Assembly: GCA_965223905.1 (NCBI GenBank)
Contig: CBDCXV010000010.1
Coordinates: forward strand, 96,001-160,000
Origin: Candidatus Latescibacterota bacterium
Lineage (GTDB): Bacteria; Latescibacterota; UBA2968; UBA8231
DNA: 64,000 nucleotides
Reading direction: 5' to 3'
Below are positions 17,637 to 26,881 of the stretch, one piece after another. A program made the position numbers and the translations under genes. The notes beneath the pieces were generated by a model, which worked only from the letters and a program-made list of their open reading frames with translations, was not told the origin of the DNA and ran no database searches. The stretch's first letter is position 1. The number at the start of each line of letters is the position of its first letter.

Positions 17637-19052
17637 GTGCACCGCAGTTTCATTGCCGCCGCTTCAGCCGCCGGATTGCTGCTTCTCGCGGCCGCTTCGT
17701 CGGCGCAGAGCGGGCTCTTCGTCATCACCACCGACTATTCCACCGGCAGCACCGCCTTTCTGGCCGCGGATGCAGAGGAAGCCGAGGTCAATCTGCTGGG
17801 CATCCACTCCGATGCGGTGGGGCACTACCACGACGGCCGCGTCTATGTCGTCAACCGCCTGGGACAGGACAATATCCTGGTGCTGGACGCGATGGATCTG
17901 CGCACTCCGCTGGCCCAGTTCTCGGTGGGCAACGGCACCAATCCGCACGACATCGAAATCGTCGCACCCGGCAAGGCGTACGTGACGCTCTACGACAGGG
18001 CCTCCCTGCTGGTCGTCGACCCCCGCGACGGCGCGGAACTGGGCGAGATCGATCTCAGCGCTTTCGCCGACGCGGATGGCCTGCCCGAGGTGTCGCAGAT
18101 CGTCCGCATCGGCGAGCGGCTCTACCTGAGCTGCCAGCGCCTCGACCGCGACGGCGGCTGGGAACCGGCCGACGTCAGCTACCTGATCGTCGTCGATATC
18201 GCGACCGACACCCTGGTCGATGTGGACCCTGACGCCGAGGGGGTGCAAGGCATCCGGCTGAGCGCCGCCAATCCCAACGGCATGGCGGTGACCGGTGAGC
18301 AGATCGCCGTGGGGGTGGTAGTCAACTTCGGGGACCGGTCGGGGGGAGTGGAGATCGTCGATACGGCCGCCAACCGCAGCCTCGGGCTGGCCCTCAGTGA
18401 AGAGGATCTGGGAGGCGACATCACCTCCATGGTGCTGGTCGGTCCGGACCGGGGCTATGCCGTGGTCGCGGACGAGAACTTCGCCAACAGCGTCCGGTCC
18501 TTTGATCTGTCCAGCGGCAGCGTCGGTGCCCCCCTGGAAAACATCAGCGGCGGTTTCATCCCGGATCTGGCCGCGGATGGCGACCGCCTGATCGTCGCCG
18601 ACCGCGGCAGTTTCTCCGACCCGGCCAGCGCCGGGCTCAAGTTCTACGACGCCGCCACCGGTGCCTTCCTGCGCGGCCCCATCGCCACCGGCCTGCCGCC
18701 GTCGAGCATCGTGGTCTTGAGCGATGCGACCGTCCCCACGGCCGTGGAGGAGGCGGCCGCCCGCTTGCCGCAGATTTTCGCCCTCGAGGCGGCCTGGCCC
18801 AATCCCTTCAACGCCTCGGTGCAGATTCCCTTCGGGGTCCGGGAAGCCGACACCCGGGTCGCACTGACCGTCCACGACGTGTTGGGCCGCACCATCCGCA
18901 CCCTGACCTCGGGCCCGGTGGCCGCGGGGCGGCACGTTCTCCACTGGGACGGCCGCGACGCCGGCGGCGAGCCGGTGGGCAACGGCGCGTATCTGGTGCA
19001 GCTGCGCGCCGGAAGTCAGCAGGCTGTGGGCAAAGTGATGTTGCTCAAATGA
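17637..19052 (+). CDS. Secreted beta-propeller protein (YncE/BtuG-like) with C-terminal FlgD-Ig/T9SS-type domain
   Basis: GAGGAGG RBS then GTG; signal peptide; VYVVNR, NPHDI...KAYVTLY blades; PTAVEE linker then AWPNPFN...WDGRD--G--V--GAYL. Confidence 0.75.
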   Translation: MHRSFIAAASAAGLLLLAAASSAQSGLFVITTDYSTGSTAFLAADAEEAEVNLLGIHSDAVGHYHDGRVYVVNRLGQDNILVLDAMDLRTPLAQFSVGNGTNPHDIEIVAPGKAYVTLYDRASLLVVDPRDGAELGEIDLSAFADADGLPEVSQIVRIGERLYLSCQRLDRDGGWEPADVSYLIVVDIATDTLVDVDPDAEGVQGIRLSAANPNGMAVTGEQIAVGVVVNFGDRSGGVEIVDTAANRSLGLALSEEDLGGDITSMVLVGPDRGYAVVADENFANSVRSFDLSSGSVGAPLENISGGFIPDLAADGDRLIVADRGSFSDPASAGLKFYDAATGAFLRGPIATGLPPSSIVVLSDATVPTAVEEAAARLPQIFALEAAWPNPFNASVQIPFGVREADTRVALTVHDVLGRTIRTLTSGPVAAGRHVLHWDGRDAGGEPVGNGAYLVQLRAGSQQAVGKVMLLK

Positions 19053-19099
19053 AGGGGGAACGGGCATTCGGTATGAACCCAAACACAATGGAAGACGCA

Positions 19100-19559
19100 A
19101 TGTCGAGATTCATTTTTCTATGGGGCATGGCGGCAACAGTGTGTTCGGGTACAGCATACGCCTGCAGCCTTGAGTTTTTCTCAATCGAGACAGGTGTCCG
19201 TGAGAGTGATCGCGTGGTTGTGGGCGTGGTCGATTCAGTCTCCTGGGATGAGGTCGATCTCGGGGGTGATGACGATCGATCTGGGCGAGCACTTCGACGT
19301 GGTTTCACAAGGGCATCACTGGATCGACGGTGTGCTGTGGCTTCCTGGCGGCACCTCGAATCCGCCCATTCAGGATGTGATCTACAGGGATCCCTTTATA
19401 TGGCCTTATCAAGCTCTTGAAACAACGCCAGTCCACGTGCATACCTGGGGGAGCATCAAGGAGGCGGTGACGTACGGTGCAGAAGGGAAAGTGGGCGCGG
19501 GATTTTTTAGAAGGTTCCCGAATCCCCAAGCCACGCCCGACATGGGCAAGGGCGGATAA
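19100..19559 (+). pseudogene. Remnant of a secreted protein: signal-peptide N-terminus plus out-of-frame C-terminus with TWGSIK tag
   Basis: Frame 1 MSRFIFLWGMAATVCSGTAYACSLEFF...; frame 2 ...WIDGVLWLPGG...ETTPVHVHTWGSIKE; visibly lower GC than flanks. Confidence 0.55.
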
Positions 19560-19579
19560 GGAAGGGAGAGGCAACAGGT

Positions 19580-20146
19580 ATGGTTACTCTATCCAGGCTC
19601 TACACCAGGACGGGCGACGGCGGCAAGACGCGGCTTGGGGATATGTCGCAAGTCCCCAAGACCAGCCTCCGCATCGCCGCGTACGGGTGCGTGGACGAGC
19701 TGAATTCGGTGATCGGGCTGGCCCGGGCCAGCGGCGTCGAGCAGGACGACGTCCTCGTCCGGGTACAGAACGATCTCTTCGACCTGGGAGCGGACCTGTG
19801 CGTCCCGCAGGCGGACGGCGAGGAAAAGCGCCTGCGTGTGCAACCGCGGCAGGTCCTTTTCCTCGAGGAGCAGATCGACCGGCTCACGCGCGACCTGGCC
19901 CCCTTGCGCAGCTTCGTCCTGCCCGGGGGACGGCTCCCCGCGGCCTGGCTCCACCTGGCGCGCACGGTCTGCCGGCGCGCCGAGCGTGCGACCTGGCACC
20001 TCGCTGAGAAGGAGCAGGTCGGCGAGCCGGTCCTGCAGTATCTCAACCGGCTTTCAGACCTGCTCTTCGCCATGGCCAGGGCGGCCAACGACGGCGGGAA
20101 CGCGGATGTGTTGTGGCAGCCGGGGAAGGGCGCCGCCGATGAGTAA
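19580..20146 (+). CDS. pduO: PduO-type ATP:cob(I)alamin adenosyltransferase
   Basis: YTRTGDGGKT, AYGCVDELNS, QNDLFDLGADL, FVLPGG, ARTVCRRAER, YLNRLSDLLF. Confidence 0.95.
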   Translation: MVTLSRLYTRTGDGGKTRLGDMSQVPKTSLRIAAYGCVDELNSVIGLARASGVEQDDVLVRVQNDLFDLGADLCVPQADGEEKRLRVQPRQVLFLEEQIDRLTRDLAPLRSFVLPGGRLPAAWLHLARTVCRRAERATWHLAEKEQVGEPVLQYLNRLSDLLFAMARAANDGGNADVLWQPGKGAADE

Positions 20147-20185
20147 GCGGATCCGGGCGGGGTGGAATTTTTTCGGAGGCGTTTG

Positions 20186-21343
20186 ATGCGCAAGGTCTGT
20201 TTTTTGGCGGGGCTCGTCTTCGGCGCGCCGGCGGCGAACGCGGCCGAGTGCGTCGATACCTACGACCTGGCGAAGGACTATTTCCCCCACAAGGCCGGGC
20301 TGCAGTACGCCGAGAGCTTTGCGGTCGAGTACTTCGGCAACTACAAGGTGGTCACCGTGCACACCCCGTGGCCCGGCGCCCAGGGAGCCGTCCGCTACCT
20401 GCTGGTCCAGTGCGGGACCCCCGAGCCTGAGGGGTACGACGGCGTCCAGCGCATCACCGTTCCGGTCCGCCGCCTCGCGGCCCTTTCCACCACGCAGTTG
20501 CCCCACCTCGAGTTGCTCGGCGCCCTCGAAACCCTGGTCGCGGTCGGCGACATCGCCATCGTGAATTCCCCCGGGGTCAACCGGCGCTTCGAGGCGGGCG
20601 GGATCGCCCAAATCGGCTACGGCCCGGGGGTCAATCTCGAACTGGTGCTGGAGCTGGAGACCGGCGTGGTGATGACCGCGGCCTCGGCCCAGTCCCGGCA
20701 CAACGCCCACCCGGTCCTGCGGCAGGCCGGCGTCGCCGTGGCCATCAACGCCGAGTACACCGAGCCCTCGCTTCTCGGCCGCACCGAATGGCTCAAGTTC
20801 ACCGCGGCGTTTCTCAACGCCGAAGCCCTGGCGGAGAAACGGTTCGCGGAGATCGCGGCCCGGTTCCATCACTACGCCGCTGTGGTGCGGGACGTGCCGG
20901 CGGACCGGCGCCCCACGGTGTTCGGCGGCTCCCTCTGGCGCGACACCTGGCACGTCGCCGGCGGGCGCAGCTACGCGGCGCAACTGGTCGCCGCGGCCGG
21001 CGGCGCGTACCTGTGGGCGGGCGACGACTCCAGGGGAAGCCTGCCCCTCGACTTCGAGGCGGTGTACGAAAAGGGCCACGCCGCCGACGTCTGGCTGACC
21101 ATGCGCAACGAGTGGCGATCGCTGGCCGAGGTACAGGCAGCAGACGAGCGCTACACGGCGTTCGCCGCCTTCGACCGCGGCCGGGTCTACAATGCCAACG
21201 CCCGGCTCAACGCGCACGGCGGCAACGACTACTGGGAAACCGGCGTCGTCGAGCCCCATGTCGTGCTGGCCGACCTGATAAAGATCCTGCATCCCGATCG
21301 GCTCCCGGAACACGAACTCGAGTACTACCGGAAACTGGACTGA
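20186..21343 (+). CDS. Cobalamin/iron-chelate ABC transporter substrate-binding protein (BtuF-like)
   Basis: GGAGG RBS, signal peptide, EYTEPSLLGRTEWLKF, GGNDYWETGVVEPHVVLADLIKILHP. Confidence 0.88.
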   Translation: MRKVCFLAGLVFGAPAANAAECVDTYDLAKDYFPHKAGLQYAESFAVEYFGNYKVVTVHTPWPGAQGAVRYLLVQCGTPEPEGYDGVQRITVPVRRLAALSTTQLPHLELLGALETLVAVGDIAIVNSPGVNRRFEAGGIAQIGYGPGVNLELVLELETGVVMTAASAQSRHNAHPVLRQAGVAVAINAEYTEPSLLGRTEWLKFTAAFLNAEALAEKRFAEIAARFHHYAAVVRDVPADRRPTVFGGSLWRDTWHVAGGRSYAAQLVAAAGGAYLWAGDDSRGSLPLDFEAVYEKGHAADVWLTMRNEWRSLAEVQAADERYTAFAAFDRGRVYNANARLNAHGGNDYWETGVVEPHVVLADLIKILHPDRLPEHELEYYRKLD

Positions 21344-21349
21344 GACGCA

Positions 21350-22438
21350 GTGTCCTCCTCTTCCCCTGCCGCGGCACACAGCCCCCCATCGCCCCGGCCG
21401 GGACCGCGCTGGGGGCTGTTCCCGGGGATGGCCGCGGCCATGGCGGGCTTCTTCGCGCTCAGCCTCGGGGTCGGGTCGGTCTCCATCCCCCTGGACTCGG
21501 TGATCGCCATCCTCTGGGACGGGGCCGGACAGAAACCGAGCTGGACCCACATCATCCACTCGATCCGCCTGCCGCGCGCCCTCACCGCGATACTGGCCGG
21601 CGCCGCCCTGAGCGCCAGCGGCCTGCAGATGCAGACCCTGTTCCGCAATCCTCTCGCCGACCCCTTCATCCTCGGCATCAGCGCCGGGGCCAGCCTGGGG
21701 GTCGCCCTGGTCGTCCTGGGAACGGGGGTCACCGGGGCCGGGCTGCTGGCCGGGCTGGGGCTTCTCGGACAGGCCGGGGTGGTCGCCGCAGCCGTAGCCG
21801 GCGCCGCCCTGGTTCTGGGCCTGGTGCTTCTGGTCGGGAGGCGCCTGCAGCACGCCATGACCCTGCTCATCCTCGGCCTGATGTTCGGCTACCTCACCGG
21901 CGCCCTGGTCAGCGTGCTGCTCTACTTCAGCATCCCCGAGCAGGTGCAGACCTACGTCCTGTGGACCTTCGGCAGCTTCGGCGCCGTCACCTGGGGACAG
22001 CTCGCCATCCTGGCGCCGGTGGTTCTCGCCGGCCTGGGGATCGCCGGCCTGCTGGTCAAGCCGCTCAACGCCCTGCTCCTCGGGGAGACCTACGCACGCA
22101 GCATGGGCCTGGGGGCGCGGCGGGCGCGGCTGTGGATCATCTCCAGCGCCGCGCTGCTGGCCGGCGCCGTCACCGCCTACTGCGGCCCCATCGGATTCCT
22201 TGGGGTGGCGGTGCCGCATCTGTGCCGGGCCCTCTTCAACACCTCCGACCACCGCGTGCTGCTGCCGGCGTGCCTGCTCTCGGGGGGCATCCTGGCCCTG
22301 GCCGCGGACCTGGTGGCCCGCCTTCCCGGAAGCCAGGCCACCCTGCCGCTCAACGCGGTCACCGCCCTGATCGGGGCGCCCGTGGTCACCTGGATCATCC
22401 TGCGCCGCCGCAGCCTGCGGCAGGCCTTCCCGGCGTGA
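21350..22438 (+). CDS. FecCD/BtuC-family ABC permease
   Basis: IRLPRALTA, QTLFRNPLADPFILGISAGASLG, GPIGFLGVAVPHL. Confidence 0.93.
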   Translation: MSSSSPAAAHSPPSPRPGPRWGLFPGMAAAMAGFFALSLGVGSVSIPLDSVIAILWDGAGQKPSWTHIIHSIRLPRALTAILAGAALSASGLQMQTLFRNPLADPFILGISAGASLGVALVVLGTGVTGAGLLAGLGLLGQAGVVAAAVAGAALVLGLVLLVGRRLQHAMTLLILGLMFGYLTGALVSVLLYFSIPEQVQTYVLWTFGSFGAVTWGQLAILAPVVLAGLGIAGLLVKPLNALLLGETYARSMGLGARRARLWIISSAALLAGAVTAYCGPIGFLGVAVPHLCRALFNTSDHRVLLPACLLSGGILALAADLVARLPGSQATLPLNAVTALIGAPVVTWIILRRRSLRQAFPA

Positions 22439-22443
22439 CCGCC

Positions 22444-23493
22444 ATGAGCGCAGCCATTCTGCAGGCACGGGGTCTGGGAATCGGGTACGCGCCGAGGGGG
22501 CGCCCCCGTCTCGAAGTGGCCGCGGACCTGGAGGTCGAGCTGTTCGAGGGGGAGCTGGTCTGCCTGCTGGGGCCGAACGGCGCCGGAAAATCCACCCTCG
22601 TTCGCACCCTGTCCGGCCTGCAGAAGCCGCTGTCCGGCGAGGTGCTCCTGCAGGGCGGCGACCTGCACGCCCTCACCGAGAGCGAAAGGGCGCGACTGCT
22701 CGGCCTCGTCCTGACCGAGCGGGTCGATGCGGGCAACCTGTCGGCTTATTCCCTCGCGGGGCTGGGCCGCTACCCGTACACCGGCTGGGACGGGCGCCTT
22801 TCCCCCGCCGACGAGGAGGTGGTGCGCTGGGCCCTGGCCGCGGTGGGGGCCGGGGACCTCGCCGCCCGCAGCGTCGGCGAGCTCAGCGACGGCGAGCGGC
22901 AGAAGGTGATGATCGCCCGGGCCCTGGCCCAGGAACCGGCGGTGCTCCTCCTCGACGAGCCCACCGCCTTTCTCGACCTGCCGCGGCGGGTCGAAATCCT
23001 GCAGCTGCTGCGGCGGCTGGCTGCCGGCGGCGACCGCGCCGTGCTTCTGTCCACCCACGATCTGGACCTCGCCCTGCGCTGCGCCGACCGCCTCTGGCTG
23101 CTGCCGCCGGGCGGCCCCCTGCAGACCGGAGCGCCGGAGGACCTGGTGCTGAGCGGGGCCTTCCAGCGGACCTTCGCCGGTGTCGAGTTCAACCCTGCGA
23201 CCGGTTCCTTTCAGCTGGAGCAGGAGCCGGAAGGGGTGGTCGGCCTGGAGGGAGAAGGGCTCGATGCCCTGTGGACGGCGCGCGCCCTGGAACGGGCAGG
23301 ATTCCGCGTCGACAGCTCGGGAAATGCCGAGGTTCGCGTCGAGATCGTCCGCCAGGACGGCGGCAGGGCCTGGAGGCTCCGGACCGCGTCCGGACCGCGC
23401 CTCTGCACCACCCTGTACGAAATGGTCGGCTGCGTCAGACATCACCTCGCCGAAAGCAGCAACCCCCCTCACGAGAGGAGTGGAAATCCGTGA
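22444..23493 (+). CDS. ABC transporter ATP-binding protein (BtuD/FecE-like)
   Basis: GPNGAGKST, LSDGERQ, LLLDEPT, STHD; real start inside the long 20788 ORF. Confidence 0.93.
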   Translation: MSAAILQARGLGIGYAPRGRPRLEVAADLEVELFEGELVCLLGPNGAGKSTLVRTLSGLQKPLSGEVLLQGGDLHALTESERARLLGLVLTERVDAGNLSAYSLAGLGRYPYTGWDGRLSPADEEVVRWALAAVGAGDLAARSVGELSDGERQKVMIARALAQEPAVLLLDEPTAFLDLPRRVEILQLLRRLAAGGDRAVLLSTHDLDLALRCADRLWLLPPGGPLQTGAPEDLVLSGAFQRTFAGVEFNPATGSFQLEQEPEGVVGLEGEGLDALWTARALERAGFRVDSSGNAEVRVEIVRQDGGRAWRLRTASGPRLCTTLYEMVGCVRHHLAESSNPPHERSGNP

Positions 23494-23717
23494 ACCGCGT
23501 CGTCTCCCTGCTGCCCAGCAGCACCAAAATCATCTGCGCCCTCGGCTGCGGGGAGCGCCTGGTCGGACGTTCCCAGGAGTGCGACTACCCCCCCGGGGTC
23601 GGCGACCTTCCCGCCTGCACGGCCCCCAAATTCGACCCGGACGGCACCTCGTACCAGATCGACCAGCGCGTCAAGGTCATACTGCAGGAGGCGGTCTCCG
23701 TGTACCGGGTGGACGCG
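23490..23717 (+). pseudogene. Second cobalamin-binding (BtuF-like) protein, N-terminal fragment
   Basis: RVVSLLPSSTKIICALG...LVGRSQECDYPP...SVYRVDA, then abrupt loss of similarity. Confidence 0.85.
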
Positions 23718-23852
23718 ATCCTGTACCAGTCATTGCCAGTGCACAGTTGCAGGGAGATTGGAGCGGCACCCTGGACACTGGGGAAGCCTTCGACCTGTCC
23801 CTCGCGGAGGATGTATTCACCCTGACAATCACGGCGGAAGTCTCTGCCTCCG

Positions 23853-25556
23853 ATGACTTTTTCAGTCACCCTTGAGACCATTGTCAAGGGAACCTGGAGC
23901 ACCGTAGAGGATAGCGTTTCCGGACTGTCTCTTGTCCCGGATGGCCCCCCGGTGATCCTGGTAGACGGGGTTTCCCCAGAGCAGTTCATCAGGAATCAGT
24001 TCGAGGATGCCGGGCTCGACACTCCGAGCGATTCGACCATTGCCGATATGCGGAATGAGTTTCTCGGGGAAGGTTCCGAATTCGGCCCGGTGACGTTTGC
24101 GTATGTCATGGAAACGGGAGATACTATTCGAGTAAGGCTACAGAATGAGAAGGGAGAAGATGCGGGACGAGTAAGACTGTACCGGAAAGGCACCGATGGA
24201 GAGTACGATTCGCTTGTTGAGGGATCGGATTTCAAGACGGTCAGAGAGGGAATAACGGAAGGACATCCCTTCATGAATTCGGTAGAGATTACCGACGTTC
24301 CAACCGGCTCCGGTCCTGGGGAGATATGGAAACTCAAACTGAGTGAACATGATAGCGATGGTCCATCCGGAAACAACTGGGTACGATTCTCCAGGAACGT
24401 GCCGCCCTATTTTTCCAACGACCCCGACCGGCTGATCTATCCGATTGTTCACAAGGAATTCAAGCCCATTACATACTGCTCTGTCCCCGGACCGCCTCCC
24501 AAGAGGCAGACCTACCGGACATATCTGACGGTGCCACGTGGCACTGGCTCTCCTATCCCCCTGACGGGGGAACTCAAGATCAATGTCAACGGCACTCGTG
24601 CCAGCGCGGTAGTTCCCAACTACAGAGCAGAAGTCGGTGTTGTAATTCCGCAAGGTGCAGCCACCGTGGAAGGAGACAACCTCCAGGCGCAGGTAGTTGA
24701 CACTAACGGCGATCTTCTCGCGGACTCTACCGACAAGGTTGACAAGGTGTATTGGGTAAACAATCCGGACTTCACCGGCTGGCCCAGTCAGATAGTTATG
24801 GCCTATGACAACGGAAGCGGCAGGAATCGAACAGCCGACTTGCAGGGTGCAGGATTCAATACCATACAGACAGATAACGATGATTCACTCGACATTATCA
24901 GTACGAACAATATGTCGAGTGCGGGAGCCATGTATACTCATGAAGTAGGGGGATCTTCGGCTATAAAGGCATGGTATTGCGAGAGCCGGGATAACGCAAT
25001 GTCTACCGATATCCGATTCTGGATGATGTTGGATGAACCAGACGCCCTGTCTGGAGAGGTAGCGAAGACATTGAAGGAACTGTACGACTTGTATTACAAA
25101 TACAACACGTATGCGAACAAGCCCTACTCCTTCAACATCAGCAATCCTATCTACATTGAGGAGTTCTGCGAGGCTTGCGACGTAATCATTGCCGATCCTT
25201 TTGTGCACAAAGAGCCTCCAAAGGGTGAGAAAGGGTCGGGTAAATACAACCAGAATCGTATCTCCGATACGGCGACAGAAATGAAATACGTTGCCGGGAG
25301 TGAGAAGAAAACCATTCTTATTTTCTGGTGGTGGAATCCCGCAGACCCCTCCAGCATAGCCGATCCAACGGTGTATGGGCTTTCCTGGGACAAGGGCATA
25401 GATGCCGAAGTAAGTGGCCTTGGAGGATTCAATTTCTCCGAAACCTTCAGAAATTCTGAAGAGGAGTTAGTAACAAATGTCCTCAGTACATACGGACCGT
25501 CTTCAGGCCCGGTACGAGCTCTGTGGAATGAAGTCAAACGCAAGCTCGATTCATAG
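23853..25556 (+). CDS. Hypothetical multidomain protein with C-terminal glycoside-hydrolase-like barrel; 5' end truncated/frameshifted
   Basis: 567-aa ORF; GAGFNTIQ, WMMLDEPD, CDVIIADPF motifs; upstream frame (PVIASAQLQGDWSG...ASDDF) joins it across a T5 run at 23858-23862. Confidence 0.6.
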   Translation: MTFSVTLETIVKGTWSTVEDSVSGLSLVPDGPPVILVDGVSPEQFIRNQFEDAGLDTPSDSTIADMRNEFLGEGSEFGPVTFAYVMETGDTIRVRLQNEKGEDAGRVRLYRKGTDGEYDSLVEGSDFKTVREGITEGHPFMNSVEITDVPTGSGPGEIWKLKLSEHDSDGPSGNNWVRFSRNVPPYFSNDPDRLIYPIVHKEFKPITYCSVPGPPPKRQTYRTYLTVPRGTGSPIPLTGELKINVNGTRASAVVPNYRAEVGVVIPQGAATVEGDNLQAQVVDTNGDLLADSTDKVDKVYWVNNPDFTGWPSQIVMAYDNGSGRNRTADLQGAGFNTIQTDNDDSLDIISTNNMSSAGAMYTHEVGGSSAIKAWYCESRDNAMSTDIRFWMMLDEPDALSGEVAKTLKELYDLYYKYNTYANKPYSFNISNPIYIEEFCEACDVIIADPFVHKEPPKGEKGSGKYNQNRISDTATEMKYVAGSEKKTILIFWWWNPADPSSIADPTVYGLSWDKGIDAEVSGLGGFNFSETFRNSEEELVTNVLSTYGPSSGPVRALWNEVKRKLDS

Positions 25557-26562
25557 GGTGTTCCTGGCTATCGTTGCAACATTGTCGGTAGCCGGGGCCG
25601 ACGAAGCTATCTGGTTCTCTGGCCCCGCCTCCTGCGGGGGGATATGTGTCAGTTCTCCTCCGGGGGCAGAGCCAGTTCCGCTGAATCCTCATATCCTGGA
25701 ATCCATCGAGGAAGATTATATTTCTTCGTTTGATCTATCTCCAGACGGACAAAGTATTGTCTTTATAGAGCTCCAGGAAAGTATCGGATGGCATTTTTCC
25801 GACGTATGGATGATGGATTCAGACGGCACAAATTTACGCGAGATTTATGAGGGAAATCGTGGATGGTGGGAAACCTCGACAAGCAGAGGAGAGTATTGGT
25901 CATCTTCTGAGACTAATGGGCTGTCCCTGGGAATCCAATGGTCTCCGGATGGACTGGAAATCCTTGTTTGCGCATATCCAGGAAGTTTTCTATTTATGGA
26001 CGAAGAAGGAAGTATTCTATACTATTGGGAAGGCTACGGGAATATCTTCTTTGATCGATTTTTTGGCACCGATCTACAGTGGGATCCCGAAGGAGACATT
26101 GTATATCAAGGATACAGCAATGACCATAGTGAATCAGACACGTTGTTCGTAAGGTCCAGGGATGGATCTATTAAGCATAGGATATTTATTCCTGGAGTAC
26201 AATCACCTCAGTTTTCTCCAGATGGATCGAAGCTGGCATATGGAGAGTGGATAAGGAGGGGACCCTCCAAGTCTTCAAGTCTTTTTGTAATGGACGTAGC
26301 AAGTGGAGAGCGACAATTTATTGCTGATGTAGCTGAATCTGATGACTGGATGTCGCCAATAGGGCCGTTTTCATGGTCTCCGTCAGGGAATCAAATTGCT
26401 TACCGGGGCATTGACGGCCTTTACGTGATTAATGCAGACGGAACTGATCCTACGTTTCTTTTTGAGACTGGTATTGTATGGGATATTGACTGGATAAGTT
26501 CTACATCGACCGGGGTGTCCCCAACTTCCTGGGGAGCCGTGAAACATGAAAAGGACTATTAA
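25528..26562 (+). CDS. Secreted TolB-like (PD40) beta-propeller protein ending in TSWGAVK tag
   Basis: Signal peptide; LSPDGQSIVF, WSPDG, FSPDGSKLAY, WSPSGNQIAY repeats. Confidence 0.82.
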   Translation: MKSNASSIHRVFLAIVATLSVAGADEAIWFSGPASCGGICVSSPPGAEPVPLNPHILESIEEDYISSFDLSPDGQSIVFIELQESIGWHFSDVWMMDSDGTNLREIYEGNRGWWETSTSRGEYWSSSETNGLSLGIQWSPDGLEILVCAYPGSFLFMDEEGSILYYWEGYGNIFFDRFFGTDLQWDPEGDIVYQGYSNDHSESDTLFVRSRDGSIKHRIFIPGVQSPQFSPDGSKLAYGEWIRRGPSKSSSLFVMDVASGERQFIADVAESDDWMSPIGPFSWSPSGNQIAYRGIDGLYVINADGTDPTFLFETGIVWDIDWISSTSTGVSPTSWGAVKHEKDY

Positions 26563-26623
26563 GGCTGTCCTCATCGCCATCGGAGTGTTTGTGGTTTTGA
26601 TTCTCCATTGGATAATCCCGTAA
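26546..26623 (+). CDS. 25-aa hydrophobic peptide
   Basis: MKRTIKAVLIAIGVFVVLILHWIIP; GGGGAG upstream; stop lies directly before a terminator hairpin. Confidence 0.45.
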   Translation: MKRTIKAVLIAIGVFVVLILHWIIP

Positions 26624-26624
26624 C

Positions 26625-26662
26625 AGGGGAGACGGCTAACGCCGCCTCCCCTTTGCTATTTT
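26625..26662. terminator. Terminator hairpin between convergent genes
   Basis: AGGGGAGACGGC-TAAC-GCCGCCTCCCCT followed by TTGCTATTTT. Confidence 0.65.
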
Positions 26663-26880
26663 ACGAGGTCCCGATACAACAGACGCTTGCCGATCATCAT
26701 GGCAACAAGGTCCTCCATCTGATCGAGGGTATCACGGTTCCTGATGTTATGCTTTCCGACAAACTCATCGACGTATCGCTGTAGGTGCTTTGGAGACCAT
26801 AGATGATACGTTCCCTTGTAGGCTCGCTTCATCATCGACCAAAAACTCTCTATGCCGTTGACGTGACAGTCCCCGGAAAC
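26656..26880 (-). pseudogene. IS1595-family (ISXO2-like) transposase, C-terminal fragment
   Basis: VSGDCHVNGIESFWSMMKRAYKGTYHLWSPKHLQRYVDEF--KHN-R...GKRLLYRDL. Confidence 0.9.
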
Positions 26881-26881
26881 C

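Larger units (their letters stand above)
23718..26880. mobile_element. Lower-GC insertion splitting the second BtuF-like gene; carries secreted-protein genes and an IS1595 remnant
   Basis: Sharp compositional shift; flanked by two halves of one gene; no terminal inverted repeats or target duplication recognised. Confidence 0.75.

Noticed and set aside
15193-17985. 930-aa Arg/Pro-rich ORF overlapping the B12 receptor (similar cases at 29676-32588 and 51834-54647)
   Set aside because: Alternative-frame or antisense artefacts of high GC with no domain motifs.
20788-22443. Long N-terminal extension of the ABC ATPase (901-aa ORF)
   Set aside because: Overlaps two well-supported genes in another frame; ATPase begins near 22444.
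25520-25556. LWNEVK end of the 567-aa protein as a fourth WG tag
   Set aside because: Lacks the Gly, the preceding Thr/Ser and the linker; more likely the last helix of the barrel.
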